Numbered from the stretch's first letter, positions 18,974-28,811 are shown. The stretch: DNA of 44,605 nucleotides from an uncultured archaeon (GCA_964458565.1 CAYWJO010000028.1:1-44605); one strand, 5' to 3'. Notes: generated by a model from the letters alone, not told the origin. Translations and numbers: made by a program.

Positions 18974-20761
18974 CTATTCTGATGGTTCATGCACGATACA
19001 AAAGGTGATTATTATCTTCAGACCTTCGTTGGTGTATCCATTTACTCTGTCTTCAGCTCTTAACTTGGCACCATATTTCAATACAAGTTGGCGTACAATA
19101 TGTAGTCCAACACCACCAAAACGCCGTACCTCATCAAATATCTGAGTACGCTCTGCAGGACCCAAACCTTTCCCATTATCTGCTATGCTTAACTTGAATG
19201 TATCATCGGTGGTTGTACCTTCAATCCAAATTCTCTTTTCCTCTTTGGGATTATGTTTGACTGCATTCTCCATCAGGTTCCAAATCAACTGGCTTAATGC
19301 ACCATCTGCGAAAATCATTACAGATTCAGGTAGATTTAATGTTTCAACTTCAATGTCATAAAGCCGTTTCAATAGATTAATCTCACCCTTCAAAACAGGA
19401 ATCAGATCAGTGAGAAACAAAGGTTGGTCCTTTGCTTCCTCAGATCTTCGTATCTTAGTAATCAAGTCAAGACATCTTTGTGCGCCGTCACGAACGTATT
19501 GTTGTGCACCTTCAACCACTTCTAGTGACGATTCTTTATTGCAAAGATCAGATCCTGCAAGTATTAACTGTAGTTGATTTCCTATATCATGCATAAGCAA
19601 ATCAAGTAGGAAACGAGCTTCAGCTTCAGCATCCCTCAACTCTGAAATGTCAGAGAAAATGGCAAATGTACCTACAAATTCACCATTGATATCAAAATAG
19701 GGAGATGCACTAACAATGACTGGAACTAACCGTCCAGACCGATGTTTCAAATAGGTGTCATATCTCTCAGTTGTACCCATTCGGCGATCAGTATATCGTT
19801 TTTCGAGAACATCATTAGAATATCCATTAAGTACATCACCGTCACGGAAACCTACTATTTGTTCACCCTTTTCAAGTCCCATCATTTTTGCTAGAGCATC
19901 ATTCGCATAGATAATCTGACCATTTTCATCGTCTACTGCTAATCCGTCAGCCATAGTTTCAACAAGCGACCGATATTTGTGTTCGCTTTGTTTCAGAAGC
20001 TCTCTCCCTTCCGTTTCCTCGGTGATATCAATTAATTGAGCTACTGTCTTAATCGACCTATCACGTGACTGCATGGTTACAGATGTTATCTGGACGTCCC
20101 TCTCAGTACCATCTTTTTGCAAAATCTTAAATGAATAGGTTTTCGGAACATCTTCTCCTCTTTGACGCCTTATGTATCGCTCTCCAACTAATTGTACACT
20201 ATCAGGGTGTAAAAATTCTCGAAAATCATGTCCAAGAATCTCACTTCGTGTTCTATTAAGAATCTCACAAAACCGATCATTTACGTAATCGAAACTGTAT
20301 TTATCATTCACAAGAAAAATCCCAGCATACGCGTGTTCGATAACAAGATCTAGAAATTCCCTCGTATCTTCTAGTTTCTCCTCAATACGTACCCGTCGTG
20401 TCATGTCTAGTATATATGCAATGAAACCGCATTTTGAACTATCAACACTGATTACGTTGCAGAATACCTCTATTGGGACTTCAACTCCATCTGAGCGTAC
20501 TGCGCGAATTGAAATTGATGATGGCTCAGCACCTTCAAGAAGGGAATTAAGACCAGTATGTACAAGATTCGTGAACTCACTGGCAACTAAATCATCAACA
20601 TGCAAATGTGAATCGAGTATGGATATATCATACTTGAGGAATTTGAGTGCGGCATTATTGAAATATACAAGCCTGAAATCTAAGTCAAACTCGAGCACTG
20701 GAATATGTAAATTGTTTAACAATTTTCTTAGGTGGTCCTGCTCTAAGTTCATCTTAGTCAA
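18974..20761 (-). CDS. PAS-domain sensor histidine kinase (three PAS domains plus HisKA/HATPase)
   Basis: Three PAS/PAC repeats, H-box LLMHDIGNQL, N-box WNLMENAVKH, G1 IADNGKG, G2 GGVGL. No TM segments. Confidence 0.92.
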   Translation of the reverse strand: MTKMNLEQDHLRKLLNNLHIPVLEFDLDFRLVYFNNAALKFLKYDISILDSHLHVDDLVASEFTNLVHTGLNSLLEGAEPSSISIRAVRSDGVEVPIEVFCNVISVDSSKCGFIAYILDMTRRVRIEEKLEDTREFLDLVIEHAYAGIFLVNDKYSFDYVNDRFCEILNRTRSEILGHDFREFLHPDSVQLVGERYIRRQRGEDVPKTYSFKILQKDGTERDVQITSVTMQSRDRSIKTVAQLIDITEETEGRELLKQSEHKYRSLVETMADGLAVDDENGQIIYANDALAKMMGLEKGEQIVGFRDGDVLNGYSNDVLEKRYTDRRMGTTERYDTYLKHRSGRLVPVIVSASPYFDINGEFVGTFAIFSDISELRDAEAEARFLLDLLMHDIGNQLQLILAGSDLCNKESSLEVVEGAQQYVRDGAQRCLDLITKIRRSEEAKDQPLFLTDLIPVLKGEINLLKRLYDIEVETLNLPESVMIFADGALSQLIWNLMENAVKHNPKEEKRIWIEGTTTDDTFKLSIADNGKGLGPAERTQIFDEVRRFGGVGLHIVRQLVLKYGAKLRAEDRVNGYTNEGLKIIITFCIVHEPSE

Positions 20762-20932
20762 TTCTCATTTGATAATTCCAAGAAGCCGTGACTCATATAA
20801 AATCTGACTTTATCGTGATATAAGGGTCACTAATAACGTTTGATTGTATATGATACCACACGGATTCCAACAACTTAAAGTGGAAGAGAGTCATTGAACC
20901 TGACTGGCAAATAACAAGAGAGTCTGGTAACC

Positions 20933-21415
20933 TTGAAGAATATCCTAGCAGTTGACATGAACCTTTGCACTGGTTGTCGAAATTGTGAACTTGCTTGTTC
21001 TGTGAAACATACACATTCTTTCAATCCAGCAAGAGCAAGAATTCAGATTATCAAAGAGGAGCCGAGTAATATTGTCCTTCCAGTGGTGTGTTTACAATGT
21101 GAGGTTCCACTATGCAAAGATGCATGTCCTACCGGTGCAATAATGGAGAATGATGTAGGAAATCTAACAGTGAACAAAGATATTTGCATTGGATGTTACA
21201 ATTGTGTCACTGCCTGTGTTTTTGGGGGAATTGCTGTAGACCCAGTTACACGGAAGGTAGTAAAATGCGATATGTGTAATGGAGACCCGGCTTGTGCAAA
21301 AGCATGCGAGTATCATGCAATAAGCATTAGACCTGCTACGTATGAAGGAGCTACTGAGAGATACTCTGGATTCAAGCCAGTTTCGAATCTTTACAGCCTT
21401 GAACAGGAGGGTTAA
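20933..21415 (+). CDS. 4x[4Fe-4S] electron-transfer subunit (DmsB/CooF/AorA-type)
   Basis: CTGCRNCELAC, CLQCEVPLCKDACP, CIGCYNCVTAC, KCDMC...PACAKAC; TAATG overlap with the AOR gene. Confidence 0.93.
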   Translation: MKNILAVDMNLCTGCRNCELACSVKHTHSFNPARARIQIIKEEPSNIVLPVVCLQCEVPLCKDACPTGAIMENDVGNLTVNKDICIGCYNCVTACVFGGIAVDPVTRKVVKCDMCNGDPACAKACEYHAISIRPATYEGATERYSGFKPVSNLYSLEQEG

Positions 21416-23349
21416 TGAGAATGACATTTCCATACAAAGGATACGCAGGATACTATCTGGATATAGACTTAGATAAAGGAAAGATTCACAAACGAGAAAT
21501 GGAGAAGGAGTGGGCGCGTCTCTACTTGGGTGGAACAGGAGTCGCAGCAAAAATACTCTGGGATCGTACAGGACCAGAAACAGATCCAATGTCACCAGAT
21601 AATATACTGATTGCAGGTACAGGACCACTTACAGGTGTTATGTTCTCACCTTCTGCTAGGATGATGTTTGCTGCTAAGAGCCCTCTTACTGGAGTCTGGG
21701 GTGAATCGCATGTGGGCGGCTTTTTTGGTCCGGAGATGAAATTTGCAGGATTTGATTTTGTAATATTTAACGGGCGTTCACAGAAACCAGTTTATCTCTA
21801 CCTGAGTGATGGAGAGGCTGAACTACGTGATGCATCAAAGATCTGGGGACGGGAAACTGATGTGGCCACGAATATTCTCCGTGAGGAACACAAAAACCCA
21901 GAACTTAAGACTGCAGTCATTGGGCCAGCAGGAGAGAATGGTGTCCCTTATGGATGCATCATTCTTGATTACTACAGAGCTGCAGGTCGTACGGGAATGG
22001 GTACTGTCTTGGGTTCCAAGAATGTCAAAGGGATTGCTGCGTCAGGATCCTTAGCTCTTGAAGCTCATGACATGGACAAGTATCTAGAAGCTAATGAAAT
22101 CGAGATGGAAAGACTTAGAGACCCGATATGGACTGATTCGCTAGCATCTCTGAGAAAATATGGTACGACAGACCTAGTAGCTGTAATTAATGAAATCGGA
22201 CGACTACCTACAAAGAATCATTGGACGGGATTCTTTGAGGATGCTGAAGACATAGGACCAGAGGTTATTGCAGAGAGGTACCGTCTTGGACAAGAAGCTT
22301 GCTTCGGTTGTGAGCTAGGCTGTAAATATGTCATTAGAGTAAAGGATGGGCCCTATCAGACTGGACCGATTGGGGGACCTGAATATGAAACAATTATGGC
22401 ATTCGGATCCAATTGTATGAATAAGAATGTAGAATCTATTTTCTATTTAGGAAAACGATGCGACTTACTCGGATTGGACACCATTAGTTGCGGAAAATCG
22501 ATTAGTTTTGCTATGGACCTCTGGGAGCAGGGTATTTGGACCGCAAAAGATACGGATGGTTTAGACCTATCCTGGGGCAACTATGAAGCAATGACGGAGC
22601 TGGTTGAGAAGATTGCCAGGAAAGAAGGAGTTGGTAAGATACTAGCTCAAGGTGTAAGAAAGGCTGCGGAGATTGTTGGAGGGGACGCATGGAAATATGC
22701 AATCCATGTAAAGGGATTAGAAGCCTCCGGTCAAGATCCACGTGCGCATCAATCAATTGGATTAACGTATGCTACGAATGTTCGTGGAGCTGACCATCTC
22801 AGAAGCCTCTCTAGCCTTGAAGAACTGGGATATCCAGAAATCGCAGCTGCAAGATTTGGTGAGGAAAAGGCGAGTGATATTCTTGAGATTATGTCGCCGA
22901 AATATAAGGGTGAACTTGTGAAGGATGTCGAGGACCTTTATGCAATCACAGATTCCGCTATCATCTGTAAATATGGTACTATGTGGCCACCAGTTTATTA
23001 CTTCGAAACTTTCACCAATGTCATCGCCCCCCTCACAGGAATGAGTGAGTGGAGTGACATGAAATTCGTCCGGCGAGCAGCTGAGCGAATCAACCATCTA
23101 CGACGCGCGTATAACCATAGACTTGGAATAACCCGGAAAGATGAAACATTACCAAAGAGACTCCTCAAAGACCCAATGCCAACCGGACCTTCAAAAGGAG
23201 GACTTCCAGATTTAGATGAGATGCTTGATGAGTATTATGAGTTCAGAGGCTGTGATAAAGAGACAGGCTATCCATTTAGAGCAAAGCTTCAAGAACTCGA
23301 ACTTGATTATGTCGTTGATGATTTAGGGAAACGCAATATGCTTGCATAA
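21415..23349 (+). CDS. aor: Tungsten-dependent aldehyde:ferredoxin oxidoreductase family protein (paralog 1)
   Basis: KSPLTG, IGPAGE, RAAGRTGMGTVLGSKNVK, CFGCELGC, GPEYET, CDLLGLDTIS, RGADHL, MLDEYY. Substrate unknown. Confidence 0.95.
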   Translation: MRMTFPYKGYAGYYLDIDLDKGKIHKREMEKEWARLYLGGTGVAAKILWDRTGPETDPMSPDNILIAGTGPLTGVMFSPSARMMFAAKSPLTGVWGESHVGGFFGPEMKFAGFDFVIFNGRSQKPVYLYLSDGEAELRDASKIWGRETDVATNILREEHKNPELKTAVIGPAGENGVPYGCIILDYYRAAGRTGMGTVLGSKNVKGIAASGSLALEAHDMDKYLEANEIEMERLRDPIWTDSLASLRKYGTTDLVAVINEIGRLPTKNHWTGFFEDAEDIGPEVIAERYRLGQEACFGCELGCKYVIRVKDGPYQTGPIGGPEYETIMAFGSNCMNKNVESIFYLGKRCDLLGLDTISCGKSISFAMDLWEQGIWTAKDTDGLDLSWGNYEAMTELVEKIARKEGVGKILAQGVRKAAEIVGGDAWKYAIHVKGLEASGQDPRAHQSIGLTYATNVRGADHLRSLSSLEELGYPEIAAARFGEEKASDILEIMSPKYKGELVKDVEDLYAITDSAIICKYGTMWPPVYYFETFTNVIAPLTGMSEWSDMKFVRRAAERINHLRRAYNHRLGITRKDETLPKRLLKDPMPTGPSKGGLPDLDEMLDEYYEFRGCDKETGYPFRAKLQELELDYVVDDLGKRNMLA

Positions 23350-23446
23350 TTCAAGCGCTAGGAAACCCACTCTAAATAATCTGACATCGGGAAAATTCTA
23401 AAGTCGTAGATACAATATGTGAAAATATTGCTTAGGAGGAAAATAC

Positions 23447-24541
23447 ATGGTAAACGTCTCATTTGAGATGCACGGGATGAGATTCAGAAATCCTGTCTTC
23501 ACTGCTGCAGGACCCACTTCCAAAGATGGCATGATGCTATTAAATGCAGCAGCTGGTGGTGCAGGGGGCTTAGTAGCAAAAACAGTGAGTGTGAAACCTG
23601 CTGAGGTACCTAAACCAAATATGGCAGCTGTTCAGAGGGGGCGGGTTGAATCAAGGAGAGGAATTCTCAATGCAGAGCTCTGGAGCGAACTGCCTCTTGA
23701 AAGATGGCTAGAGAAAGAGTATCCAATCGCTCTTAGCGCAGGATTACCATTGATTGCAAGTCTTGGATATACACCAGGGGATGTCAGTGAAATCGCACCC
23801 AAATTACAGAAAGTAGGTGTCAACGCACTTGAATATAGCACACACTATGTTGGTGGCCATGTTGAGATAGCTAAGGCATTGAGAGAGTCTGTAGACATTC
23901 CTATCTTTGCAAAATTGAGCCCCAAAGTGGATGTCGCGAATGTAGCTAAATCATTAGAAGCTCATGTCGATGGTATTGTAGGAATCAATACTTACGGACC
24001 ATGTTTGAGAATAGACATTGAAACTGGAAAACCCATGCTTGGAAGTAAGGGTGGTGAAGGTTGGTTAAGTGGAGCATCTATCAAACCAATTGCTATACGA
24101 TGCATCGCAGACATAGCCAAAGAAGTCAAACTTCCAGTGATTGGAGTAGGCGGCGTCACAAGTGGTGCTGATGCAATTGAGTTCTTTATGGCAGGTGCGT
24201 GGGCAGTGGAAGTCTGCACTGCTGCAATTCTAGATGGACCCTCAGTCTATGGAAAAATTGCTACTGAGATTGAAGAATGGTTAGATCAACATGGTCATGA
24301 CTCAATTGAAGATATACGTGGTATCGCTCTGAAGCACATTCCCAAAGGGGTCCAATTATCCCCACCACCTAAATTAGACGACGAAAAGTGCACTAAATGT
24401 GGACTCTGTGTAAAATCATGTGTCTATGATGCAATCACACTTGATAAAAAAGCAGGAATATTGACAATAGACGAACAGAAATGTGAGGGATGTGGAATGT
24501 GTATTTCTGTTTGTCCCTATGTTGCATTATCCATCTCCTGA
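23447..24541 (+). CDS. preA: Dihydropyrimidine/dihydroorotate dehydrogenase-family FMN protein with C-terminal 2x[4Fe-4S] (PreA-like)
   Basis: NPVFTAAGP, KTVS, LNAEL, AKLSP, INT, GWLSG..IKP, IGVGGV, CTKCGLCVKSC and CEGCGMCISVCP. The active-site loop is atypical (EYSTHY). Confidence 0.78.
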   Translation: MVNVSFEMHGMRFRNPVFTAAGPTSKDGMMLLNAAAGGAGGLVAKTVSVKPAEVPKPNMAAVQRGRVESRRGILNAELWSELPLERWLEKEYPIALSAGLPLIASLGYTPGDVSEIAPKLQKVGVNALEYSTHYVGGHVEIAKALRESVDIPIFAKLSPKVDVANVAKSLEAHVDGIVGINTYGPCLRIDIETGKPMLGSKGGEGWLSGASIKPIAIRCIADIAKEVKLPVIGVGGVTSGADAIEFFMAGAWAVEVCTAAILDGPSVYGKIATEIEEWLDQHGHDSIEDIRGIALKHIPKGVQLSPPPKLDDEKCTKCGLCVKSCVYDAITLDKKAGILTIDEQKCEGCGMCISVCPYVALSIS

Positions 24542-24631
24542 TTTGCGGTTCAAAACAATAGCAGAAATCAGTATTGCAGTTGCACCAAAGACACTTGTAA
24601 TGATTGCAAAAGGCGGAAGGCTAAGTGACAA

Positions 24632-25813
24632 CTAAAGGAAATATTCATCTAATCCTGGTGTGAGTCGTTTTGCCTTTTTCTTCGTAACTAGGTAGTCGTT
24701 CTCAATTCGAACACCACCAATCGATTTAAAATAAACTCCTGGCTCTATAGCCATTACGTGACCTTCCAAGAAGGTGGCGTCATAACGATACATACTTGGG
24801 TTCTCATGTACATCTAATCCAATCCCATGACCCAGACCATGAGTCATTCCATCAACTGCATCCGGATTTAATCTTCGAGAGTCATATCCATATCGTTCAA
24901 GAGTTTTGAAACAAGCCAGATTTACATCATCAATCTTAGCCCCAGAAGTTAATGCATCAGCTGAGGCGTCTGCTGCGCCTTGCACAGCCTCATACATTTT
25001 TGAGACCTTTTTACTTGGAGTGCCCTTGATAAATGTACGAGTTACATCAGCGATATATCTTTCGGATTTCAGACGCGGAAAAACGTCTATAATAATGGGA
25101 ACTTCAGCTTTTAATTTATCACGTGGGTGTCCCAAATAATGCCAATCGAATCCTTTCTTTCCAACAGCTACAATTGCATCCTCTGCTGATTCAGCACGAT
25201 AATCCAGCAATGTGTTATCTAACTTCGTTTTGACATCTGCAACAGTCAAAGGCTTCTTCTTATGCATCAAAACTTTGTTTGCCCCAACATCTGCATCCTT
25301 TACGATGTCTGCCACTTCACTGATGGCACTGATTGTAGCATTTCCAGCGCTCTTAATCAACTTCACCTCTCTTGTAGATTTTGTCGCACGAGCGTTCTTG
25401 AGAAGATGGGTTACAACCTTGATTGTGTAACCTAATTTTTGAATAGCAACAACTGCATTCGCGGGTAGATGGATTGGGATGCCTAGAACTTTGCCAGAGA
25501 AGTTCTTACCAAGAATATCACTATAAATGATATCAGGATTGTCTATTGCACGCTGCTGTTTTTTCATCAATGAAAGATATACATCAGATAGATCATGGGT
25601 CCGTTTTACAAAGCTCTGATTCTTGATTCTATCCAAAGTATTGAAACCAGATGCGATTAAGGCTTCCTCACCTCGATTCTTAAAGACTACAATATTATCG
25701 GGAGAGAGGAATCCAGTCAACCAATAGATATCGGGAACTTCGAAACCATTTCCTTCAGTAATGATGGCATCAATACCTTCCTCTTCCATTAGTAAATCAA
25801 GGTCTTCAAGCAT
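24632..25813 (-). CDS. Xaa-Pro aminopeptidase/prolidase (peptidase M24B)
   Basis: IIDVFP...YIADVTRT, HGLGHGIGLDVHE, AIEPGVY, GGVRIEND. Confidence 0.93.
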   Translation of the reverse strand: MLEDLDLLMEEEGIDAIITEGNGFEVPDIYWLTGFLSPDNIVVFKNRGEEALIASGFNTLDRIKNQSFVKRTHDLSDVYLSLMKKQQRAIDNPDIIYSDILGKNFSGKVLGIPIHLPANAVVAIQKLGYTIKVVTHLLKNARATKSTREVKLIKSAGNATISAISEVADIVKDADVGANKVLMHKKKPLTVADVKTKLDNTLLDYRAESAEDAIVAVGKKGFDWHYLGHPRDKLKAEVPIIIDVFPRLKSERYIADVTRTFIKGTPSKKVSKMYEAVQGAADASADALTSGAKIDDVNLACFKTLERYGYDSRRLNPDAVDGMTHGLGHGIGLDVHENPSMYRYDATFLEGHVMAIEPGVYFKSIGGVRIENDYLVTKKKAKRLTPGLDEYFL

Positions 25814-25876
25814 TGTGAGCTACTCCTACGAAAATGAATCGAGTTTACTTCGGTAAAAACTTACCTGATGTAGTAT

Positions 25877-26779
25877 TCAAAGATGTGGTTTCAATCGTTT
25901 TTCAATGTCATCTCTATTTGGTAGATTATATGGCCCTATATTTTCGAGATTATAAGAGGCACATGTTGCGCCAAACAGACCGGATCGAAATAGATCTTTA
26001 GACTCAAGATACTCACATAAAAATCCAATAATGTAAGTGTCGCCAGAACCAGTAGCATCGATTATATGATTTGCTAATACGATTGGAATCTCTATCAGTT
26101 CACTTTTTGAAAAAATTGTTGAACCTTGGCGGTCTCTTGTCAGAACCAGAATATTAACACCTAATTCAAATAGGAAATCACGAGCATCATTCACGGAAGA
26201 AACGCCAGTAATTGTTAGTAACTCTGATGTATCTGCCTTTACAATATCTACATATTGCAGAACCTCAGACGCATCATTCCATCCTCTTGAAATTACCAGG
26301 TCGCCTTTTACGCCGCGTGTAAATCCTTGTATATCTAGGGAAACAAGAACATCAGATTTCGAAGCGAGTTCAAAGCATTTTTTCTCTAACTCAATACGTG
26401 TAAGCGGACAGAAATGAATACAGCGTGTTTCTAAATGAGAACTCAGATTATTTGCTAGAATGGGCGGAGCAAGATGTTCAATTCGTTGAGTTCTAGTTCC
26501 ATATTGATCATATTCGTTTATGAACCTAGTAGTAAATTGACCAGATTTTGTAAAACCATTCAGGTTCAAACCCGATTCTCGGAGAATTATCTCATAGTCC
26601 GCTTCAAAATCTGCTCCGACTTTTGTTACAATCCCAGAATCATTTCCGAGAGCTGGCGCTAACATGGCATAGGCTGTCCCACCACCCAATGCTTCTCTCC
26701 TTAGTGTTGGAGTTATCAGTAGGTCTCTGCTTAGATGACCAACAACGACAATATCCAAGAGTATGACTCCTTTAAGCAT
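25877..26779 (-). CDS. PfkB/ribokinase-family carbohydrate or nucleoside kinase
   Basis: VVGHLSRD, LGGGTAY, DATGSGDTY. TTG at 26758 is a likely alternative start. Confidence 0.9.
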   Translation of the reverse strand: MLKGVILLDIVVVGHLSRDLLITPTLRREALGGGTAYAMLAPALGNDSGIVTKVGADFEADYEIILRESGLNLNGFTKSGQFTTRFINEYDQYGTRTQRIEHLAPPILANNLSSHLETRCIHFCPLTRIELEKKCFELASKSDVLVSLDIQGFTRGVKGDLVISRGWNDASEVLQYVDIVKADTSELLTITGVSSVNDARDFLFELGVNILVLTRDRQGSTIFSKSELIEIPIVLANHIIDATGSGDTYIIGFLCEYLESKDLFRSGLFGATCASYNLENIGPYNLPNRDDIEKRLKPHL

Positions 26780-26850
26780 CCATGCACATTATCGTTAGAC
26801 TGAAGTGCTTTAATATCTTGGTTACTTATTCAGTGGATGAGTGAAATTCA

Positions 26851-27132
26851 TTGCCAATGATCAAAGTGAAGTTTTTTGCAACAGTCCGAGAAGTAACAGG
26901 AATACGATCAATTGATTTAGAAGCGAACACTATCCAGGAGGTCTTGGACAAACTCATGATTAAATATGGACGAAAGTTCATAGATACCGTCATTGATGAG
27001 GAAACAATGAAGCTCAAGAGATTCTATTCATGCATGGTTAATGGAAAACGCATCGAACTCCTAAATGGATACGAAACAGTACTATCTGAAGGAGATGCGG
27101 TAGCATTATTCCCACCGGTAGGGGGCGGTTGA
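26851..27132 (+). CDS. moaD: MoaD/ThiS/SAMP ubiquitin-like (beta-grasp) protein
   Basis: IKVKFFATVRE...VNG...LSEGDAVALFPPVGGG with a free C-terminal GG. Confidence 0.92.
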   Translation: MPMIKVKFFATVREVTGIRSIDLEANTIQEVLDKLMIKYGRKFIDTVIDEETMKLKRFYSCMVNGKRIELLNGYETVLSEGDAVALFPPVGGG

Positions 27133-28496
27133 ATATGTCGAACTCAGTAGACTTGGTATTAAAGAATTCAAGATTGATACTTGAAACAGGTATTGTAAGA
27201 GGGGGATTAGCTGTCAAGGATGGCTCAATTGTAATGATAGCAACTGATAATCATCTTCCTCAAGGAGACGAAGTCATAGACGTTGGCGGTAAAATCGTTA
27301 TGCCAGGTCTCATTGATGCTCATACACACATACATGATCCCACAATGCTTGAACATGAAGACTTCACAACTGGGTCCCAAGCTGCAGCTGGAGGCGGTGT
27401 GACAACTGTCATTGATATGCCACTTACAAATCAGATGGATACAATGAATGCCATTGATAGGCACATCAAAGAAGGGGAGGAACAATCAATTGTAGACTTC
27501 TCATTTTATGTGGGAATGATGAACACAGAAAATTGGGGAATCATCCCATCAGTGATTCAGAAAGGCATCGTTGGATTCAAAGCATTCACATGTGAACCGT
27601 ATCAGACAAACAATGGTGTGATAACACGACTTCTTAGTGAAACATCTGAAAGTGGAGGTCACATCACAATTCATGCAGAGGATCAAGGAATCCTTGACGA
27701 ATTTAGGAAAGATATGATGAAGGATTGGGATGCACCTATCAGCCATTCCCTATCAAGACCGAATCAAGCTGAACAATTAGCTGTTAGGCAAATGATTAGT
27801 ATTGCTAAAGAAACAAATGGGCATCTTCATGTGGCTCATATTTCGACGAAACAAGGACTTCATGAAGTTGAGAGGGGAAAACTGGATGGCGTGATGCTCA
27901 CTACAGAGGTGTGTCCGCATCATTTGGTTTTCAATAGAGATGAAATGAACAGACTCGGATCCAAGAGTAAAATGAATCCCCCACTGAGGACAAAGGAAGA
28001 TAGAGCAGCACTTTGGTCAGGATTACTGAGGGGCGTTATTGACATCACAGTCAGCGATCATGCGCCATGTCCAATTGAGAAAAAAGACGCAGGAAAAGCG
28101 GATATTAGAGAGGCATGGTCGGGGGTAGATGGAACTCAGATAATATTGAGAGTGCTTCTGAGTGAGGGAATCAATAAGAACAGATTATCTTGGCAAAAAC
28201 TTTTGAGAGTTGCATCACGAAATCCCGCGCGGCTTTTTGGTTTATACCCACTGAAGGGAGTCCTGCAGATAGGTTCGCATGCAGATTTTGTTATTGTTGA
28301 TCCAACGAGAGAGGAAAAGTTGACAGCAGAAATGATGTTTTCAAAGTGTGGATGGACACTTTATGAAGACATGACTATGAAGGGCGTTCCAGTAGCCACT
28401 TATGTGAGAGGAAATAAGGTATTTGAAAATAATCAATGTCTAGTTAAGAAAGGATACGGAAAGTTCGTATCATCGCCTGCTATAATAGATAAATAA
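27129..28496 (+). CDS. allB: Cyclic amidohydrolase (allantoinase/dihydroorotase/hydantoinase family)
   Basis: PGLIDAHTH, GGVTTVIDMP, GFK (carbamylated Lys), HAED, HVAHIS, EVCPHHL, KMNPPLR, SDHAP. The family is secure; allantoinase is only the closest label. Likely start is ATG at 27135. Confidence 0.75.
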   Translation: MNMSNSVDLVLKNSRLILETGIVRGGLAVKDGSIVMIATDNHLPQGDEVIDVGGKIVMPGLIDAHTHIHDPTMLEHEDFTTGSQAAAGGGVTTVIDMPLTNQMDTMNAIDRHIKEGEEQSIVDFSFYVGMMNTENWGIIPSVIQKGIVGFKAFTCEPYQTNNGVITRLLSETSESGGHITIHAEDQGILDEFRKDMMKDWDAPISHSLSRPNQAEQLAVRQMISIAKETNGHLHVAHISTKQGLHEVERGKLDGVMLTTEVCPHHLVFNRDEMNRLGSKSKMNPPLRTKEDRAALWSGLLRGVIDITVSDHAPCPIEKKDAGKADIREAWSGVDGTQIILRVLLSEGINKNRLSWQKLLRVASRNPARLFGLYPLKGVLQIGSHADFVIVDPTREEKLTAEMMFSKCGWTLYEDMTMKGVPVATYVRGNKVFENNQCLVKKGYGKFVSSPAIIDK

Positions 28497-28695
28497 TATT
28501 GGCTCTGTTTTGGACGCATATTTTTATTTTTGATGAAATAAAACTCCAAAACCCTTTTTTCGTCTAAAAAAGAATTTTTGACATAATATTAATAAGGTGA
28601 GAAATACAGCTTCTATAGAAGAAGGAAGGAAAAATACAAAGCTGAAGTAAAGGATAGTCATCCACACTTTAACTGATAGTTACCTTATATTCTTG

Positions 28696-28736
28696 CTAGT
28701 ATCAATGGGATACTACATTAGGACCATTGACACTAG
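28696..28736. promoter_or_regulatory. 13-bp inverted repeat (one mismatch) upstream of tfb
   Basis: CTAGTATCAATGG-N15-CCATTGACACTAG. Confidence 0.4.
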
Positions 28737-28811
28737 AAAACATCCCGATGTTCCAACAAATCCAATACACAAGCAGTTACTAACTACCTTCAATCTAAAA
28801 CGGTGAGTTTT

